Below are positions 58,900 through 64,000 of a stretch of DNA of 64,000 bases, one piece after another. The notes beneath the pieces were generated by a model, which was given only the letters and a program-made list of their open reading frames with translations, made no database searches and was not told where the DNA came from. The stretch is taken from NCBI GenBank assembly GCA_012295275.1, contig CM022669.1, forward strand, positions 5,456,001-5,520,000. Reading direction: 5' to 3'. Every line of letters begins with the position of its first letter. Position 1 is the first letter of the stretch. The translations under genes were made by a program, and so were the position numbers. This DNA is from Chrysomallon squamiferum. Lineage: Eukaryota; Animalia; Mollusca.

Positions 58900-60126
58900 A
58901 ATGGAGTATGGAAAATGTTCAGGCTTTGCATGTTTCTGATCATTGTGTGGTGTATCAGCTACAGATACATGCTAAGATCGTCTAGTAAAAGTGTCCTTAA
59001 AGTGACGTCAGATCGACAGACAGATTTAAAAACTGCTCTGGACGGTTGGAAACTTGACAGCGTAGCTGCTGCTAGAAGTGAACTCCACACCAACATTCGC
59101 AAGGGAGGTAACTCTTTCACCAGACAGGTCACGAAAGCGGTAACGCCTAAGCGACAGAAATATTTGTTCTACCTGTGTGGTGGGAAATTACTTGGTTGCG
59201 GTGGTTGGGCGGATCGCTTGAAAGGAATCATCATAACATACCTGATGTCGCAGGTCACCAACAGAACGTTTGGCATCAGTGTGACGCATCCGTCATGTGA
59301 CCTAACTCGTTACCTAAGACCCAATCGCGTCGATTGGAACATCACGATTTCAGACGACACTTTGAAACGGTACAACAACAGCGTGGTTTATCAAAGAATG
59401 ACTGACAGTAGAGAGTTTTATCACGCTGTACAGACAATGAATTTCGAAGAGTTCTTTCAGAAAGACATAGAATATTTCCAAGCGAATATGGACTATGTGA
59501 CATTGTTTAAAAACAATTCTCGTTACTGGGCTCACACTTCGTGGATGAGGAACCTGACTAGAAGCAAAATTTACAGAAAACTGTTTGACGAGCTGTTTTC
59601 TCTCGCTCCTGATCTCCAGGCTGAACTGTCCGTGCTGATGAAGAAGGCCAAACCCACTGATTCGCATCAACTCGTTTGCTCTCAGATCAGAATGGGACGC
59701 AATCCATCCAACCCGCACGATTCCCTCCTCAGTACTGAACGGTTGGTCGATGTTCCTAAAATTTGGCAGTTTTTAGAAAAATACAGAGATGCCACAAAAT
59801 ACAGGATCTACGTCACTTCCGATTCCGAAGACATACGGAAAGAAGCACGTTCTCGTTTTGGAAGCATTCTGGTAGAAAACGAGGGCCCGTCGGTCCACAT
59901 CGACAGATTCACAGACAGCAATAACGTGTGCGCCGGAATGAGGAAAGTAATCCTTGATCAGCAGATTTTAGCGCAGTGTGACGTGTTTCTGCTGACAAAA
60001 AGCGGCCTGGGACGCACGTCTGCCTATTTGAGACAGAAAGAGACAGGCCTCTTTTGTCTGGTGATGCATAATATAGTCAAATGTTACCCAGACTCACTCA
60101 AAGAACTGTACAATGTTTATGGTTAG
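58900..60126 (+). CDS. Fucosyltransferase-like glycosyltransferase, copy 3, main exon
   Basis: Acceptor poly-T cag| at 58899; in-frame ATG at 58915; intact 403-aa ORF. Confidence 0.85.
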   Translation, partial: NGVWKMFRLCMFLIIVWCISYRYMLRSSSKSVLKVTSDRQTDLKTALDGWKLDSVAAARSELHTNIRKGGNSFTRQVTKAVTPKRQKYLFYLCGGKLLGCGGWADRLKGIIITYLMSQVTNRTFGISVTHPSCDLTRYLRPNRVDWNITISDDTLKRYNNSVVYQRMTDSREFYHAVQTMNFEEFFQKDIEYFQANMDYVTLFKNNSRYWAHTSWMRNLTRSKIYRKLFDELFSLAPDLQAELSVLMKKAKPTDSHQLVCSQIRMGRNPSNPHDSLLSTERLVDVPKIWQFLEKYRDATKYRIYVTSDSEDIRKEARSRFGSILVENEGPSVHIDRFTDSNNVCAGMRKVILDQQILAQCDVFLLTKSGLGRTSAYLRQKETGLFCLVMHNIVKCYPDSLKELYNVYG

Positions 60127-60451
60127 ATAAAACTTCAAAATAATGTATTTCACTCGAAGAACTCTGTGAGGTTTCCACGTATTCAGGCACACATGACAAG
60201 AAACAAAAATGTGATCTGCTAGAAAACGAAAAGAAAATGAATGGTAATTATGTAACTGACATTGTATATCTGCTGGACAGATTAAATAACAAAAAATTTA
60301 CATTTTATTATATTTTAATCAGTTCTCGAGAATATCACAAATAAATGTGTTAACTTATTTTTTAATTCTTCGTTCTTTCTTTATCTTCAGCCATCTCTTT
60401 TCTTCATGTCATTATCTTCTCTGCAATCTCAAAATACTCGAATCCGTATTT

Positions 60452-60500
60452 GCGCGAACACGAAGTTGCGCATAGTCCGGAAGTGACGTAAGATCAGGCG
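60452..60500. promoter_or_regulatory. ETS-CRE element
   Basis: gcgcgaacacgaagttgcgcatagtCCGGAAGTGACGTaag. Confidence 0.55.
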
Positions 60501-63168
60501 TTTCTGATTTATTTTGTGCAATAAGTTGTTTGATCGTCTTTCTATCAGAAGCCATTACTTCGTCATAAGTAGGAGGAGCTGTGGATGTAGAAAATAAACA
60601 AATAAATTAATTTTATATTCCTTTTAATAATACCAAACAACAACTGGGGAAGCCAGTTATTGAAGGATTAAAGATACAATTTAATATTAACAGAAAATGT
60701 TTAATTTTATTATTATTATTATTTATTCTTTCTTTCTTTGTTATTTGCTGGTTTTGTTTTGTTTTTATAACATTTATATTTTGTAATATAATGTGAAAAC
60801 ATTACAACTACGTTTCTTAACTTAAAAAAACAAACAAAAAACAACAATAGTCTTAAATTCCAAAAAAAAAAAAAAAAAAAGAACAACCAACAAACAATGA
60901 TAACAACACCGCACCTAATAACCCAAAATAAAAACAAAAAAACTATAATGAATAAATGTTTAATGAAAAAACATAGGTAAATACAACAAAATGGTGAAGA
61001 ACAAAGATAGAAGTAAAAACGTATGTGTATATTACGTATGTGTAAACTGAAATAACTGAATGATAAATAGAAGCATACGCATACTAATCCAGTGATGATC
61101 TATAGGCAAACTTCTGGCTAGTGCTGTGATTAGCGAACCACGTCTTAAAGGCACAGTGCCGATGGTAATGTCGACAGCTACGTGAAGTCGTTTTAGCGAT
61201 ATTCTTCCAGGTTTTATCTTCAGCTGTGAAGAAATATATATCGTTTTTAAACAGTGCAATGACAGTTAGCGTGTAAAATTACTTGTATGTTAAAGTAGAA
61301 ATGTTGGAAATAATCTGTGTGCGCGCGGTGTGTTTGTTTATGAAAATGTGTGAGTGTCTCAGTGTGTGACTAGTTGGCTGACTAGCATCGTGAATTGTGA
61401 ATAATTGATTTGTTGAAAGGAAATGAAATTCAGTGTGTTAAAAGAGTGGATGAATATTTCTCTGATCAATTTGTAACTTACGTTTGTGCGCTTGCGACAG
61501 ATGGTGAAAAACATACATATACAACTAGTGTAGTAATAGTAGCTGTAGTAATATGTCGTAGTTCTCTTTTCTGCTCACCGAAAGTCAGCCTACACTCATG
61601 TGTTCGCTTACGACGTTTCGACTGCAGTTCTGTTTTCAGGTAGGTCATTAATCTACGAATCAAATGAAAACAGACGTCATAAATCTGCGGTGTAATGTGT
61701 ACACGTGTCATTACATTCTCATTTCAGTTTGCTCGCCTTTGCTGAGTCGCTGCGAAACAAAACTAAACACTTCAGAGGTCGATAATTGACAGCTGAGACA
61801 TACCTTGTACTTGTAAATACTTGTAAATCAAAACATGACAACTTTCCCATTTTCAGAATCAAATAATCTCCTTTCTCTTCTATCTTAATTCAATCAAAAA
61901 TCGGTAAAAATAATTGAAGAAGAAAGAAAGAAAGAAAAACAATGTGTTCATATTGATTAGGAGACTGTATCGCTGAAACGTTTATGTTAGAAGTTAAACT
62001 TACCTAAAGTCGGGTGATTCAATGTTTTCTTTCCTGTTACACACCTGTAGGAAAAAACGAAGACAGGTAGGTTTATTCAATTCTGTGAATAATTTTATTT
62101 TCGTTTACCTAATATTACTGATTTGTGCTCTTTCTTTGATCATTTCAGTATGCTTGAACGCAACAATAAAATAAAATAAGAAAATAAAAATAAATAAATT
62201 AAGAGGTAAATGTCTGTGCTTCATCTTTCCAATTTAATAATAATAAAAAAAATAATAATAATAATAGTAACAGTAATAATAGTAACAGTAGTATTAATAG
62301 TAGTAAAAGTAGCAGTAGTAGCAACAGTAGGAGCAATATTAATTGCAGCAACACAGTAGTAATAGTGGAAGTAGTAGTATTTGTAGTAGTAAAAGTAGTA
62401 GCAGTCGTAGTAGCAAAAGTAGTAGCAGTGGTAGTAGAAAACGTAGTGGTAGCACTTGTACTAGTAGTGACAATAGTAGAATCAGCACTAGTAGAAACAC
62501 TAGCAAACGTAGTAGAAATAGTAGTAGTTGTAGTAGTAGTTGAATGGTTGATTATTTATCTTACTAGTCCATGTTTTGTATTGTTTCTGTTATAGTTGAC
62601 ACCAGTTTGTGATTCGTCAATCATGCTGAGAACTTTGGTATGAATTTATAAGATTAATAATATTAATATTAATATTAATAATAATAATAATCATATTAAC
62701 AGTAGTATTAATATTAATAATAATAATATTAATAATAATAATAATAATAAAAATAATAATAATAACATTAGTATTAATAGTAGTAGTAGACGTAGACCTA
62801 GTAACAGTAGTAGTTGTAAGAATATTGGTGGTTGTGACAGCAGTAGTAGTAATAGCAGTGGTGATAGTACTAGAAGTAATGGTAGTAGTAACGGTTGTAG
62901 TAGTGGCTGATATGATGAGAGTAGTATTAATAGCACTAGTTCTAATAGTTTTAATAGTAGTAGTAGCAGAACCAATAGTAGCAGAAGTAGTAGTAACAGC
63001 AGCAATAGTACTAGTAACACTATTAATAACAGTTGTAGTGGTAGCTGAAGTAGCAGAAGTAGCAGTAGTATTAGCAGCAGAAGTAGTATTTATTTATTTA
63101 TTTATTTATACGTTTATTTATTATTATTATTGATACCATTATTATAAGGTTTTTTTTTTTTTTTTCAG

Positions 63169-64000
63169 AATGGAGTATGGAAAATGTTCAGGCTTTGCAT
63201 GTTTCTGATCATTGTGTGGTGTATCAGCTACAGATACATGCTAAGATCGTCTAGTAAAAGTGTCCTTAAAGTGACCTCAGATCGACGGACAGATTTTATA
63301 ACTCCTCTGGACGGTTGGAAACTTGACAGCGTAGCTGCTGCTAGAAGTGAACTCCACACCAACATTCGCAAGGGAGGTAACTCTTCCACCAGACAGGTCA
63401 CGAAAGCGGTAACGCCTAAGCGACAGAAATATTTGTTCTACCTGTGTGGTGGGAAATTACTTGGTTGCGGTGGTTGGGCGGATCGCTTGAAAGGAATCAT
63501 CATAACATACCTGATGTCGCAGGTCACCAACAGAACATTTGGCATCAGTGTGACGCATCCGTCATGTGACCTAACTCGTTACCTAAGACCCAATCGCGTC
63601 GATTGGAACATCACGATTTCAGACGACACTTTGAAACGGTACAACAACAGCGTGGTTTATCAAAGAATGACTGACAGTAGACAGTTTTATCACGCTGTAC
63701 AGACAATGAATTTCGAAGAGTTCTTTCAGAAAGACATAGAATATTTCCAAGCGAATATGGACTATGTGACATTGTTTAAAAACAATTATCGTTACTGGGC
63801 TCACACTTCGTGGATGAGGAACCTGACTAGAAGCAAAATTTACAGAAAACTGTTTGACGAGCTGTTTTCTCTCGCTCCTGATCTCCAGGCTGAACTGTCC
63901 GCGCTGATGAAGAAGGCCAAACCCACTGATTCGCATCAACTCGTTTGCTCTCAGATCAGAATGGGACGCAATCCATCCAACCCGCACGATTCCCTCCTCA
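63169..64000 (+). CDS. Fucosyltransferase-like glycosyltransferase, copy 4, main exon (runs off the window end)
   Basis: Acceptor at 63168; ATG at 63184 (MFRLCMFLIIVWCISYRY...). Collinear with copy 3 through QIRMGRNPSNPHDSLL. Absent from the ORF track because it has no stop in the window. Confidence 0.85.

Overview
AT-rich, microsatellite-dense animal (invertebrate, probably lophotrochozoan/mollusc-like; inference) genomic DNA, not prokaryotic. It has three zones. (1) 1-~35.2 kb is a complex head-to-tail segmental array of about 7 modular units (3.5-6.9 kb) built from the 3' flank of a forkhead gene. It carries nine copies of a conserved ~245-bp motif-rich non-coding core and two 5'-truncated FoxQ2 fragments that share a breakpoint and an R->S change in the DNA-recognition helix. 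(2) An intact single-exon FoxQ2-class gene (36692-37504, minus strand) has an eh1 motif and a TATA/CCAAT promoter, with a Tigger/pogo-like MITE in its 3' flank; the empty site is visible in a paralogous unit. About 12 kb of mostly simple repeats follows. (3) From ~49 kb to the window end lie four tandem, recently duplicated type II membrane GDP-fucose-type glycosyltransferase genes (alpha-1,2/alpha-1,6/O-fucosyltransferase superfamily motifs). They show mosaic variation, ETS-CRE elements between copies, a candidate micro-exon, and a 56-bp minisatellite made from their own stop-codon region. Most short ORFs in the supplied track are microsatellite artefacts. Coordinates and alignments were read by eye; repeat-unit boundaries are approximate.
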